A stretch of 63,158 bases of DNA, filler included. It is 5 parts of 5 records of this genome, joined end to end, with 100 filler letters (N's around TTAATTAATTAA, not from the genome) between each part and the next. Parts side by side here need not be neighbours in the genome. Positions count along the whole stretch, not along the records: positions 14,785 to 21,078 come from SRR31156797_17590; positions 21,179 to 39,824 come from SRR31156797_17600; 3 more parts are not named here. One strand, given 5' to 3'. Shown one piece after another: positions 18,975 to 28,513 of this stretch. The notes below the pieces were generated by a model. The model had not been told where the DNA came from and made no database searches. It saw only the letters and a list, made by a program, of their open reading frames with translations. Both the position numbers and the translations under genes were made by a program. Position 1 is the first letter of the stretch, and each line of letters opens with the position of its first letter.

Positions 18975-19450
18975 TCCCCTCCTTTCATGCTTTTGGCCGC
19001 AGCATCGATGGATTCAAAAATTTTGGTATACCCCGTACACCGGCAGAAGTTGCCGGATACACCTTCCTGAATCTCTTGAAGGGTGGGCTCCGGATTATGA
19101 TCCAGGAGATATTTGGCGCTCATGATCATCCCGGGCGTACAGAAACCGCACTGCATGCCGGCTCGTTCCACAAAGGCTTCCTGAATGGGGTGAAGTTTTT
19201 CTCCATTCTTCAATCCCTCGATGGTGATAATCTCCTGTCCATCCGCCTCCATGGCGGGCACCAGGCAGCTGTTGACGGTTTCCCCCCCCATGATCACCGT
19301 GCACGATCCGCACTCTCCCTGGCCGCACCCTTCCTTGGCGCCTGTCAGCTTCAGATCCTCCCGGATCATCTCCAAAAGGGTTCGCCAGGGCGAAATACGC
19401 ATTTCATAAGATTCGCCGTTTAGGACAAATTTGATGACTTTGTTTTCCAT
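18971..19450 (-). CDS. 2x[2Fe-2S] small subunit (CoxS/HcrC-like)
   Basis: GCGQGECGSC, QCGFCTPG, NFCRCTGY; start MENK follows AAGGAG. Confidence 0.92.
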   Translation of the reverse strand: MENKVIKFVLNGESYEMRISPWRTLLEMIREDLKLTGAKEGCGQGECGSCTVIMGGETVNSCLVPAMEADGQEIITIEGLKNGEKLHPIQEAFVERAGMQCGFCTPGMIMSAKYLLDHNPEPTLQEIQEGVSGNFCRCTGYTKIFESIDAAAKSMKGGE

Positions 19451-19499
19451 TTTTCTCTTCTCCTTGACCTCACACTGAATAAGCGGCATTTTGGGTGCT

Positions 19500-20378
19500 T
19501 CAGTTGGCAATGGCCTGATGAATGGCTCTTTTCACTAAAACCGCCACCATCATGCGACGGTATTCGGCGGACGCACGATGATCGTCAATGGGTTTGGCTT
19601 CATGGGCCGCCATCCTGGCCGCTTCTTTGATGACCGAATCCACGGCGGATTCCCCCATCAGGCGCCCTTCGGCTTCTTTGGCCCGAAAAGGGGTCGGGCC
19701 CACGGCGCCCAGACCGATGCGGATCTCTTTAAAAATCCCCTCTTCAACCTTTGCAAATGCCGCAACCCCCACCACCGCCAGGTCCATTCGACTCCTGGGA
19801 GAAAGCTTGATATAGGCGCCCCACCCCTTTTTGTTCGGAATAAAGATCTCCTTTAACAGCTCATCTTGCATAAGCGCCGTCTTCCCGGGCCCCAGAAAGA
19901 ACTCATCCAGCGCCAAGGTGCGATCTCCCTGCCTACCCGTGCACAAGACTTTCGCATCCAGACACAAAAGGGCCGGCGCCGAATCCGCGGACGGCACGGC
20001 ATTGCAGATATTTCCCGCAATGGTGCCACGATTCTGAACCTGGGTGGATGCCATACTGGCGGCCGCTTGTGCCAGCATGGCGAATTTTTCTTTGACCAGG
20101 GATGTTCGGGCTACCCGGGAAATGGTGGCAAGGGCCCCGATGCGAAGGCCCTCCGTATCATCGTGGAAGACGTAATCCAATTCCCTGATCCCTTTAAGAT
20201 CCACCAGGACTTCGGGTGCGGGCATCAACCGTTCCTTGATTTTGGGAATCACATCGGTTCCGCCCGCATAAACCCTAGATTTACCGTTTTGCTTTTCCCC
20301 TAAAATGTTGACTGCTTCATCCAATTGTCTGGGTTTGACATAATCCAATTTCGGCAACCGCCTGTAAAAAATGGACAT
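19500..20378 (-). CDS. FAD-binding medium subunit (CoxM/CutM-like)
   Basis: AGGTDV, RGTIAGN, ADSAPAL, DDHRASAEYR. Confidence 0.92.
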   Translation of the reverse strand: MSIFYRRLPKLDYVKPRQLDEAVNILGEKQNGKSRVYAGGTDVIPKIKERLMPAPEVLVDLKGIRELDYVFHDDTEGLRIGALATISRVARTSLVKEKFAMLAQAAASMASTQVQNRGTIAGNICNAVPSADSAPALLCLDAKVLCTGRQGDRTLALDEFFLGPGKTALMQDELLKEIFIPNKKGWGAYIKLSPRSRMDLAVVGVAAFAKVEEGIFKEIRIGLGAVGPTPFRAKEAEGRLMGESAVDSVIKEAARMAAHEAKPIDDHRASAEYRRMMVAVLVKRAIHQAIAN

Positions 20379-20460
20379 GTGTTGTTCCTCCTTGGTCTTT
20401 TGATTTAGGTTGACTACAAAAAATCATATTTTCCTCTTCCCTAAGGCCGGCATAAATCCT

Positions 20461-20736
20461 CTATCCGCCGCCCAAGGGGGTCAGGTTGATATCGATGCTG
20501 TCGCCTTCTTGAATGGGGGTTTTGAGCCCTTCAGGATGGAAGGAGATATCCTTTTGATTAAGGGTTACTTCCATATCGGGCCTGAGATGTTGACCTCCGG
20601 CATCGGTAAACAAAAAATCCGTTTTCTCTCCCAGATGCCTCAGAAGATCCACCATTGTTTTCACACCCGAAGGAATCTCAAAATCGGTAAAACCAGGCCC
20701 CCGGCGAAGAAAATTGGTGGTGAGTTTGATGGTCAT
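20461..20736 (-). CDS. MoaD/ThiS family sulfur-carrier protein
   Basis: About 91 aa, beta-grasp size, ends ...EGDSIDINLTPLGGG (C-terminal di-Gly). Confidence 0.85.
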   Translation of the reverse strand: MTIKLTTNFLRRGPGFTDFEIPSGVKTMVDLLRHLGEKTDFLFTDAGGQHLRPDMEVTLNQKDISFHPEGLKTPIQEGDSIDINLTPLGGG

Positions 20737-20756
20737 GGGTCTCACGTTCAGAACGC

Positions 20757-21078
20757 CTAAATTTTCCGATCCATGCCTTCCCAATAGGGGAGCCTCAATT
20801 GTTTTTTAAGGATCTTTCCGGCCGGGTTCTTGGGGATCTCATTTCCGAACTCCAGACTTTTGGGCGCCTTAAAACGTGCCAGTCTGGCTTTGCAAAAATC
20901 GATGACCTCCTGCTCGGTGGCATGGCTCCCCTCTTTCTTCACCACAACCGCATGGACTTTCTCCACCCAGAAGGGATCGGGGATACCGAATACGGCCGCT
21001 TCCAGAACCGCCGGATGCCGGTACAAAACTTCTTCCACCTCGCGAGGAAAAATGTTTTCCCCACCGGATACGATCATG
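20757..21078 (-). CDS. AMP-dependent acyl/aryl-CoA ligase, C-terminal fragment (5' truncated)
   Basis: IVSGGENIFPREVE, AAVFGIPD, IPKNPAGKILK. Confidence 0.9.
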
Positions 21079-21178
21079 NNNNNNNNNNNNNNNNNNNNNN
21101 NNNNNNNNNNNNNNNNNNNNNNTTAATTAATTAANNNNNNNNNNNNNNNNNNNNNNNNNNNNNNNNNNNNNNNNNNNN
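21079..21178. other. Artificial contig linker
   Basis: N44-TTAATTAATTAA-N44. Confidence 0.98.
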
Positions 21179-21343
21179 AAAAAAAGTAAACAAAAAAGTC
21201 CGCCGACTTCACCACTCGCTTACCCACTATTTTCTTTATTTTGAGACAGAAAGAACTCCCTGCAGTCAAACAGCTTTCTGCCTTTTCAAAATAAACTAAA
21301 GTGGGTCCCAAGCTACGTTACTGATGTCGGTTACTCGTCAGGA
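21179..21343 (-). promoter_or_regulatory. Structured cis-regulatory leader RNA candidate (possibly UpxY/ops-type antitermination leader)
   Basis: Nested stems CCGAC/GTCGG, ACCCACT/AGTGGGT, TTTATTTTGA/TCAAAATAAA, CAGAAAG/CTTTCTG, ending in U-runs on the minus strand. Confidence 0.45.
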
Positions 21344-21576
21344 ATCTTTTTTTATTAAAAACAATCTCCTTTGTTTGAAAGACTGTTTTTAGTCATCTTA
21401 TTAAAGAAATGGCCAATTTCTGCACTTAATACCACATCCTCCTTTTTCTTATAGTTTAATATCTTAGCTAATAATAGTTTGAAATAAACTTTTATGATTA
21501 GTATATTGCGGTCGATTATAATAATGGGTATGGTATATTAACACATTCCATCAATAACTAACTAAATCTAAAAACA

Positions 21577-23520
21577 ATGAGTACAAAGCCCGTTCTTGCG
21601 TTATTTATTTCTTTTCTACTAAGCTGTTCATTAACCTTTGCACAGGATACAATAAATATTCATAATCTAAACGTTCCTGCTGCATTTACAAATGCAATAG
21701 ACGTTATTAGTGCACAAGCAGGTGAGCCATCATCACTCAAATCAAAACAATTTACTTTTGCATCAGACAAGGTATTGCCTGATTCCTCCATTACTTACAA
21801 TTATAATAGCGAGAGCGATTCTTTGCTTGCTTTTAAAACAACATATAGTTACGATAAGGATCTGAACTTAACTATTCATCTTATCTATAGCTACGATGCA
21901 GATAATAATGATTGGCTATTATCTGAGAAGCATGAATACGGGTATAATGAAAATAATATGGAAATTCTGCAAGCTTTTTATAATTGGGATGCTGATAATA
22001 GTGAATGGGTTGGTGTTGCAAAATATGAATGGGATTATAATTCTCAGAATAAATATACGCTTGTGTCTAATTATTATTGGAACACACTAAATAATTCCTG
22101 GAAAGGTGCTAATAAAGAAGAATACAACTATGATGACAATGGAAATCAAACCTTATTGATAACTTATTGGTGGGATTGGGACTTGCAAGACTGGATAAGA
22201 AATACTAAATCCGAATTTGGTTTTGATGAAAATAATAACAAAACTTCAGAAGCAAAATATGGCTGGAATACTGCAAACAGTGCATGGGTAGGGTCTGATG
22301 AGAAAAAAACCTACATCTATGATACCTTTGGTAATTTAACTATAGAAACGGCCTACAATTGGAGTGATGTCAATAACAACTGGACACAATATTATATGGT
22401 TGAGCATTCTTACGATGAAAACAACAATGAAACCTTATGGGCAATATTTTCATGGAATACCGAAACCAACGATTGGACACCAAAACGAAAGATCAAACAC
22501 GAATTTACTTATAATGAAAGGAACTTCATATTCATAGACTCATATTCCACATGGGAAAAGACTAATGATGTATGGAATACTGTTTCTAAAAGCGAATACA
22601 GTTATGCTAATAACGATAGTATATCTATGATTATTTCGCACAACTGGAATACTGACAGTAACAACTGGGAAGAATCAAGTAAAAATGAATACAGCTATGA
22701 TGAAAACAATAATAAAATATTATCCACTTATTGTTCCTGGAACTCGAATCTGGAGAACTGGACTAACAAATCTAAGTTTGAGTACACATATGATGACCTA
22801 AACAACCTCACACTCAAATTGAAATATTGGGGTGACGATAATAATACGTGGCAACAAAAATGGAAAACCGAATATAGCTATACCAATGGCAAGCAAACTT
22901 TATTGGCAAACTATGATTGGAATTCTGGTTTAAGCAAATGGATTGGTACATCTAAACATGAGTATAACTATGATGACAAAGGGAACCAAATCTATTATGG
23001 ATACTTTATAGAATGGAATACCGAAGAAAATGATTGGATAGGTCTTTTTAAAACTGAATATACTTACAATTCATATGGAAGTCAAACTTTAGATGCTTCA
23101 TACGAATGGAGTACTGAATTCAATAACTGGGTTGGCATCTCACAAAACGAATGGTTTTATGATGAATTTAATAATCGTACACTCTGGATGTATTCACAAT
23201 GGAATACTGAAGGTAATGACTGGGAAGTGTTGGAAAAATCATTTTCGTACTATAGTAATTTAAATGCAAGTTCAATAGAACCTGTTAATGCGGCAGTAAG
23301 CATCTACCCTAACCCGGTATCCGATTATATTACTATTAATCTACCTAAAGAATCTAGCTCCGGTACTTTAGAGCTTTACAATATCCAAGGTAAAAAAGTA
23401 TTCAGCACAGAAGTTTCAAACAGTAAGCCCATCAGTTTAAGTGGTATAGAGGCCGGCATTTACTTATACTCCCTAACTGTTGATGGCGAAAAACAAACAG
23501 GTAAACTGGTGAAAAACTAA
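21577..23520 (+). CDS. T9SS-secreted repeat protein (DUF3836-like Trp/Tyr repeats plus type A CTD)
   Basis: Signal peptide, about 31-aa K.EY.YD..GN.T...Y.W....W repeats, C-terminal IYPNP...YNIQGK...GIYL...KLVK. Confidence 0.85.
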   Translation: MSTKPVLALFISFLLSCSLTFAQDTINIHNLNVPAAFTNAIDVISAQAGEPSSLKSKQFTFASDKVLPDSSITYNYNSESDSLLAFKTTYSYDKDLNLTIHLIYSYDADNNDWLLSEKHEYGYNENNMEILQAFYNWDADNSEWVGVAKYEWDYNSQNKYTLVSNYYWNTLNNSWKGANKEEYNYDDNGNQTLLITYWWDWDLQDWIRNTKSEFGFDENNNKTSEAKYGWNTANSAWVGSDEKKTYIYDTFGNLTIETAYNWSDVNNNWTQYYMVEHSYDENNNETLWAIFSWNTETNDWTPKRKIKHEFTYNERNFIFIDSYSTWEKTNDVWNTVSKSEYSYANNDSISMIISHNWNTDSNNWEESSKNEYSYDENNNKILSTYCSWNSNLENWTNKSKFEYTYDDLNNLTLKLKYWGDDNNTWQQKWKTEYSYTNGKQTLLANYDWNSGLSKWIGTSKHEYNYDDKGNQIYYGYFIEWNTEENDWIGLFKTEYTYNSYGSQTLDASYEWSTEFNNWVGISQNEWFYDEFNNRTLWMYSQWNTEGNDWEVLEKSFSYYSNLNASSIEPVNAAVSIYPNPVSDYITINLPKESSSGTLELYNIQGKKVFSTEVSNSKPISLSGIEAGIYLYSLTVDGEKQTGKLVKN

Positions 23521-23533
23521 AAACATAGAACCA

Positions 23534-24814
23534 ATGTACAGAATAACACAAGTATTTTTATTGTCTGCACTATTAACAGGAGCATTAAAGGCTCAAAATT
23601 ATCAGGTTAATTTTACCGGTACAGGAGCCAGTACTTCTGTAGATAGTGTAATTGTTCAGAATCTTACGCAACGCACCAGTTTAAAAATATTACAAGACGA
23701 AATACTTCACTTAACAAATTTTACAACTGGTATTAATAAAGCTAAGAATGATGCTAAAGGTTTGGTTATATATCCCAACCCTATAATGGAAAGCGGGTTT
23801 ATTACATTTAATGCTACTGCGAATGGAGGCTGTTCAATTGCCATATACAATTCTATGGGAAATAAGATACATGCTGACAAATATATTTTATCACAAGGAT
23901 ATCATACATTTGAATTATCTGGATTAAATGCTGGTGTTTATATTTTAAAAGTTAGCGCAGCAGACTATTCTTATTCTTACAAATTAATCAGTAAAGCTTC
24001 TAGTCAAGAACAAATAACATTATCCTATCAAGGTATTGAGTACTCTGAAAATAAGTCTTCATTATTAAAAAGTAGTTCCGAAGACAACCTTGTTACCATG
24101 TCATACAATGATGGTGATTTGCTAAAACTTACAGGGGTTTCGGGTAATTACAGAGCGGTAAAAACTATTGTTCCTGTGGAATCTACTACCGTTTCTTTTA
24201 ATTTTATAGCTTGTTCTGATTATGACAATAACAACTATGGTGTTATTAGCATGGGAACACAAACCTGGATGGCAGAAAATCTTCGAACAACGACTTTTAA
24301 TGATGGGACAGATATTCCTCATGTTACAGAAAATGATGAATGGGCTAACCTTCCTACACCTGCATATTGCTGGTATAATAATGATGAAGAGAATGCCCTG
24401 TTAAATAATTATGGAGCCTTATATAACTGGTATACGGTAGCAACTGAAAAGTTATGCCCCATTGGATGGCATGTACCAACTGATGCTGAGTGGTCTGCTT
24501 TAAAGGACTATATCACTGAGCTAGGATTTAGTGGAACAGTAGGCACAGCATTAAAAGCTACTACAAAATGGAACTTAAGCCCCGCCCCAAGTGGCTCTGA
24601 TATTTTTGGTTTTACTGGTATTCCGGTTGGTTATCGTTTTGACTCAACGGGCATATTCTATGATGAAGGCTTTTATACAGCTTGGTTTAGCAGTACTGAA
24701 TACAATACTTACAGATCATATACATGGCATCTTTACTATAGTGCGGAATATTTGGCGAGAAGTAGCTATGGCAATAGGTCAACAGGGCTATCTATTCGTT
24801 GCATAAAGGACTAG
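23534..24814 (+). CDS. FISUMP (Fib_succ_major) domain protein with an internal T9SS-CTD-like domain
   Basis: GTQTWMAENL, YGALYNW, CPIGWHVPT..EW, GLSIRCIKD; internal IYPNP...GVYIL. Confidence 0.85.
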   Translation: MYRITQVFLLSALLTGALKAQNYQVNFTGTGASTSVDSVIVQNLTQRTSLKILQDEILHLTNFTTGINKAKNDAKGLVIYPNPIMESGFITFNATANGGCSIAIYNSMGNKIHADKYILSQGYHTFELSGLNAGVYILKVSAADYSYSYKLISKASSQEQITLSYQGIEYSENKSSLLKSSSEDNLVTMSYNDGDLLKLTGVSGNYRAVKTIVPVESTTVSFNFIACSDYDNNNYGVISMGTQTWMAENLRTTTFNDGTDIPHVTENDEWANLPTPAYCWYNNDEENALLNNYGALYNWYTVATEKLCPIGWHVPTDAEWSALKDYITELGFSGTVGTALKATTKWNLSPAPSGSDIFGFTGIPVGYRFDSTGIFYDEGFYTAWFSSTEYNTYRSYTWHLYYSAEYLARSSYGNRSTGLSIRCIKD

Positions 24815-24907
24815 CTTAATGCTCTCTCTAAATATCCCTAACTATTAATCACAATAAACAGACAAACTTGTAATGAATAATTTAACATCCCATATTAATT
24901 AGATTAT

Positions 24908-25531
24908 ATGAAAAGCTACATCCTAAGCAAAGCGTCAATTTTATTAGCAATATGCACAGCTATAATCAGCTGTACTGATGAATCAGGCGATGAAATTACT
25001 TACGACAAGGAAATTGTTGTAGGGAAAACCGATTATAAACAAGGGCACTATGTTGATTATTCACCAGATTTGGTTCTTTATGCCAAGGCAGATATGAATA
25101 ACAACAATTATCAAGAAAATATTGACTCTTATACTTTTGAATTTGGGCAAAACAATGCAATAGAGCTTCAATTGTATAGTATGTGCGATATTGATGGTGG
25201 CTACTGGAATAAAGAGCTTGTATTAACAGCCGTTGAGCAGAATATATGTGTTACTGATACCAATAGTGCTCATGTGCGTTTTTTCGATATTGGAGAAACA
25301 ATATCAGCAAACAATAGTTGGGGCCGCAATACCTCTGCCTACTTTGAACCAGCCGATTTAACTTATGAATTCCAGAATGATGCTGTTACCTTTGAAAGGA
25401 ATTCGAATGTACGAAATAAATACCTATGTTTTAAATACCCTATTAATGGTATAGAAACCTTTCAATGGATACAAATATCAACCTACGATTTAGATTCAAT
25501 GGTCATCCATGATGCATATTCAAGTTATTAG
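24908..25531 (+). CDS. Hypothetical lipoprotein
   Basis: Lipobox IISC followed by acidic residues. Confidence 0.7.
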   Translation: MKSYILSKASILLAICTAIISCTDESGDEITYDKEIVVGKTDYKQGHYVDYSPDLVLYAKADMNNNNYQENIDSYTFEFGQNNAIELQLYSMCDIDGGYWNKELVLTAVEQNICVTDTNSAHVRFFDIGETISANNSWGRNTSAYFEPADLTYEFQNDAVTFERNSNVRNKYLCFKYPINGIETFQWIQISTYDLDSMVIHDAYSSY

Positions 25532-25643
25532 TCCAATTCGATATCTATAATTACTAAGATTACTGCATCCGGGATAAATTTTAAATATTTATAACTAATC
25601 AAAATCACCTTTTCGCTGTTAGTATTGTTAAAGACAAACTAAC

Positions 25644-26168
25644 ATGACGAAATATTTTACTATTCCCGGATACGGAGGCTCAGGAGAAGGACATTGGCAA
25701 ACATACTTTGATAATACATTGGCTAATTGCCAAAGGATACATCAGGATAGCTGGACTAAACCTGTTTTAGACGATTGGGTAGAAAGAATTAATAAAACCT
25801 TAAGTAAGGATAACCTTGAAGATACAATCCTGATTACACATAGTTTGGGTGGTATTGCTTTACTCAAATGGGTGAAAAAATATAAGCAGAAGATTAAAGG
25901 CGCTCTTTTGGTTGCTCCTCCCGATATTGAAAACCCATACCAGGATTTAGGTTTAGCCGATATACAAATACCGCAGTTACGATTACCTTTTCCTTCTGTT
26001 GTTGTTTGTAGTACCAACGACCCCTGGATGACGGAGAAACGAACAAAGTATTTTGCAGAAATATGGGGCAGTGAGTTTATAGTACTGAAGAATGCAGGGC
26101 ATATTAACGCTGATTCCGGTTTTGGAGCTTGGGACGAAGGTTTAAATATTGTAAAGACCTTAGGTTAA
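25644..26168 (+). CDS. RBBP9/YdeN family alpha/beta hydrolase
   Basis: HWQ, THSLG, STNDPW, AGHIN. Confidence 0.9.
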   Translation: MTKYFTIPGYGGSGEGHWQTYFDNTLANCQRIHQDSWTKPVLDDWVERINKTLSKDNLEDTILITHSLGGIALLKWVKKYKQKIKGALLVAPPDIENPYQDLGLADIQIPQLRLPFPSVVVCSTNDPWMTEKRTKYFAEIWGSEFIVLKNAGHINADSGFGAWDEGLNIVKTLG

Positions 26169-26215
26169 AAGTATTTTACCATTAGGTAAAATTTATCGAA
26201 AGTATTAAATTAATC

Positions 26216-26246
26216 CCCATCCCACCGCTTTTAACGGTGGGATGGG
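26216..26246. terminator. Hairpin between convergent genes (bidirectional terminator or REP-like)
   Basis: CCCATCCCACCG-N7-CGGTGGGATGGG. Confidence 0.65.
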
Positions 26247-26260
26247 AAAATAGTATTCAG

Positions 26261-26659
26261 TTAGTCTAGCTGATCAGTAGGAATAGCATATTTGCCACCT
26301 CCGGTAAATACTAGAGCAACAGCACCAAATAAATAAAGACCTAGCAGTTCAACACTCCAGCCTCCATATTCATTGATTGTAAATAAATCCTGGCTATGCG
26401 CCATCAAAATAGCAACTAAACAATTAAAAGCATAAACAGCAGCTGCAATTCGGGTTTTAAATCCAATAAGCAAAGCTATTGGGGCTATCACTTCTCCTAC
26501 AATAACGCCATACGCAATAAAGTCTGGTAAGCCCATACCGCCTAACATTCCTTTAATAAATCCTAATCCGTGCATTAGTTTGGCTACTCCGTGCAGCAAC
26601 ATTAATGCTCCAAGGGTAATTCTTAGTACTAATAAACCTGCGTCAATATTTCTTTTCAT
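26261..26659 (-). CDS. DoxX family membrane protein
   Basis: LLVLR...HGVAKL, GFKTRIAA, GGGKY. Confidence 0.9.
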   Translation of the reverse strand: MKRNIDAGLLVLRITLGALMLLHGVAKLMHGLGFIKGMLGGMGLPDFIAYGVIVGEVIAPIALLIGFKTRIAAAVYAFNCLVAILMAHSQDLFTINEYGGWSVELLGLYLFGAVALVFTGGGKYAIPTDQLD

Positions 26660-26696
26660 TTTTCTTTAAATACTATTTGTTAATACTCTTATAAAC

Positions 26697-26735
26697 AAAA
26701 GTGTTTCTCGTGATTTTATAATCCGGGAAACACTT
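26697..26735 (-). terminator. Hairpin between ester cyclase and doxX genes
   Basis: AAGTGTTTCTCG...CGGGAAACACTT stem with U-run on the minus strand. Confidence 0.5.
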
Positions 26736-26789
26736 CTGACATTACTTCACGAATGCAATCCGTGAACGATAAAACAAACTCAAATATGT

Positions 26790-27383
26790 TTACAATAATC
26801 CTAATTGACTCATAAATGTTTGATTATCCCAAAACAGGTATTCTTCATACATTACACCTTCGTCATTCCACAATCCTATAGTAGTCATGTAAATTTTAAA
26901 TGCTTTACCTGTAGGCTCAATATATTGATCATTACCAATTGGCATAGGTTCCGTAAAAGTTCCTTCCATAATTCCCATTACCGCAGTAATATTACCTGAA
27001 CCAATACCTATAGGGTGTTCCTTAATTCTGGTATCTGGAGCATAAACAAACATGGCACTTAAATCTGCAATATGTGTATCAAGTCCTGTTGTTGTATGCC
27101 CATCGGGCCAGTGAACAAGAATATCTTCAGCATGACTTTCGTGTAAGCGCGACCATTCTTGATTCGTAAACACCTCAAAATCCAGTTCATCAAATGTCTC
27201 TAGGTATTGCGCTACCGTTTCATTGGCCTCTGCAATTTTAGCCAATTCTGCTTTTAACTCTTCTATTTCAGTTTGATATTGCTCCTCTTTTTCTTTATCT
27301 AAATCGTCTTCACAACTTGCAAAAAACAAAGTAGCTACCACCAACAACATCAACTTACTAATCATCCATTTGCTTTTCATCAC
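26790..27383 (-). CDS. SnoaL-like ester cyclase family lipoprotein
   Basis: Lipobox FASC; FDELDF, HWPDGH, GTFTEPM, EEYLFWDN. Confidence 0.8.
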   Translation of the reverse strand: MMKSKWMISKLMLLVVATLFFASCEDDLDKEKEEQYQTEIEELKAELAKIAEANETVAQYLETFDELDFEVFTNQEWSRLHESHAEDILVHWPDGHTTTGLDTHIADLSAMFVYAPDTRIKEHPIGIGSGNITAVMGIMEGTFTEPMPIGNDQYIEPTGKAFKIYMTTIGLWNDEGVMYEEYLFWDNQTFMSQLGLL

Positions 27384-27431
27384 TATACTTTCTTAGATTC
27401 TACTTAGTTTAATTTTCCTATCTTAAATAAA

Positions 27432-27995
27432 TTACAGCACTAGTTTAATATCCAGAATAAAGATATCATCAATGGCCTTGTCGCCCAGGTTATCAAAAAA
27501 TGAATCGGATCCATATCTTACATTAAACTTTGAACGATCCACCTCTACTTTAGCGGTTAATGCATCACCACTTTTTAATACATAAAAGCTAATTTCTTCA
27601 GTTTTTCCTTTAATAGTTAACTCTCCTGTTACAGTAGCCTTTCCATCTTTAAACTTGGAAGCTTTGGTAATCACAAAAGATGATGTAGGAAACTTTTCTA
27701 CTCCAAAAAAATCATCCGATTTTAAATGCCCAACCAGCTTTTGGTTGTATCCTTCATCTTCTAAATCGCTGTTGGTAATTGAATTCATGTCCATTACAAT
27801 TTTACCCCCGCTGATCTGGCTACCATTAAACTCCAGATTGGCACTTTTTACTTTAATTTCACCATTGTGCGAACCTCCTAGTTTTTTACCTGTCCAGTTA
27901 ACTACAGATGCTTTTGTATTTACTTCTTTTTTTTGTGCTAAAGTTGTTACACTTGCTGCTAATAATACTATTAATGCTAATCCAATTGTTTTCAT
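27432..27995 (-). CDS. yceI: YceI family lipid/polyisoprenoid-binding protein
   Basis: WTGKK..GSHNG, LVGHLKSDDFF, GELTIKG. Confidence 0.9.
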   Translation of the reverse strand: MKTIGLALIVLLAASVTTLAQKKEVNTKASVVNWTGKKLGGSHNGEIKVKSANLEFNGSQISGGKIVMDMNSITNSDLEDEGYNQKLVGHLKSDDFFGVEKFPTSSFVITKASKFKDGKATVTGELTIKGKTEEISFYVLKSGDALTAKVEVDRSKFNVRYGSDSFFDNLGDKAIDDIFILDIKLVL

Positions 27996-28007
27996 AATTC
28001 TTCGTTT

Positions 28008-28391
28008 TTATTTGTTATTGTTTTTCTGTATAAATTCATTAATAATCTGTCCATCGCAATTCCATACCTGCATAGAAAACTGCGTGTACTTTTGAGTACC
28101 TTTATTTCTATGCGTATATTCAAATTCTCTTTCAATTACCGATACCGTATCTCCGATCATTATATTTTTAACGGATGCTTTTTCAAATGAGGTAATATCA
28201 ATCACCCAATTCTCTTCTTCAGTTCTGCAAGCATCTTTTCCTATTATAGCCGGCTCGTTATATTGCTGTCGGTTCACACCTTCGGCATAAAATTTTTCGA
28301 ATGCTTCCAATAGTTTACCTTCAGCAATCATGTCGTTTAGTTTTTCAACACGCTCGGTAATCGATAATTTTTGAGGATCTATTTTTTGCAT
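28008..28391 (-). CDS. SnoaL/NTF2-like protein
   Basis: AFEKFYAE, GKDA, QVWN.DGQIINE; start refined to MQK, downstream of a TATCTTTG promoter. Confidence 0.7.
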   Translation of the reverse strand: MQKIDPQKLSITERVEKLNDMIAEGKLLEAFEKFYAEGVNRQQYNEPAIIGKDACRTEEENWVIDITSFEKASVKNIMIGDTVSVIEREFEYTHRNKGTQKYTQFSMQVWNCDGQIINEFIQKNNNK

Positions 28392-28416
28392 CGTACTTTT
28401 CTTATTTGTTACGATA

Positions 28417-28484
28417 CAAAGATATGGGCAGGACAAGCCTCGTACACTTGACCTATGATAAGAAGTGAAATTGATCTATGTTAA
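28417..28484 (-). promoter_or_regulatory. Bacteroidota -7 promoter element plus two Crp/Fnr-type boxes
   Basis: TATCTTTG (minus, 28417-28424); TTGACCTATGATAA 28448-28461 and TTGATCTATGTTAA 28471-28484. Confidence 0.6.
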
Positions 28485-28513
28485 GAGAACACAGATATAT
28501 GTGAAAAGAAGTA

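Noticed and set aside
5745-19856. Antisense ORFs such as 5745-6680, 15299-16306, 17268-18146 and 18318-19070
   Set aside because: They mirror the codon frames of genuine opposite-strand genes and contain no recognisable domains.
21179-21343. Hammerhead ribozyme suggested by CTGACGAG
   Set aside because: No correctly placed stem II-GAAA core or cleavage triplet could be built.
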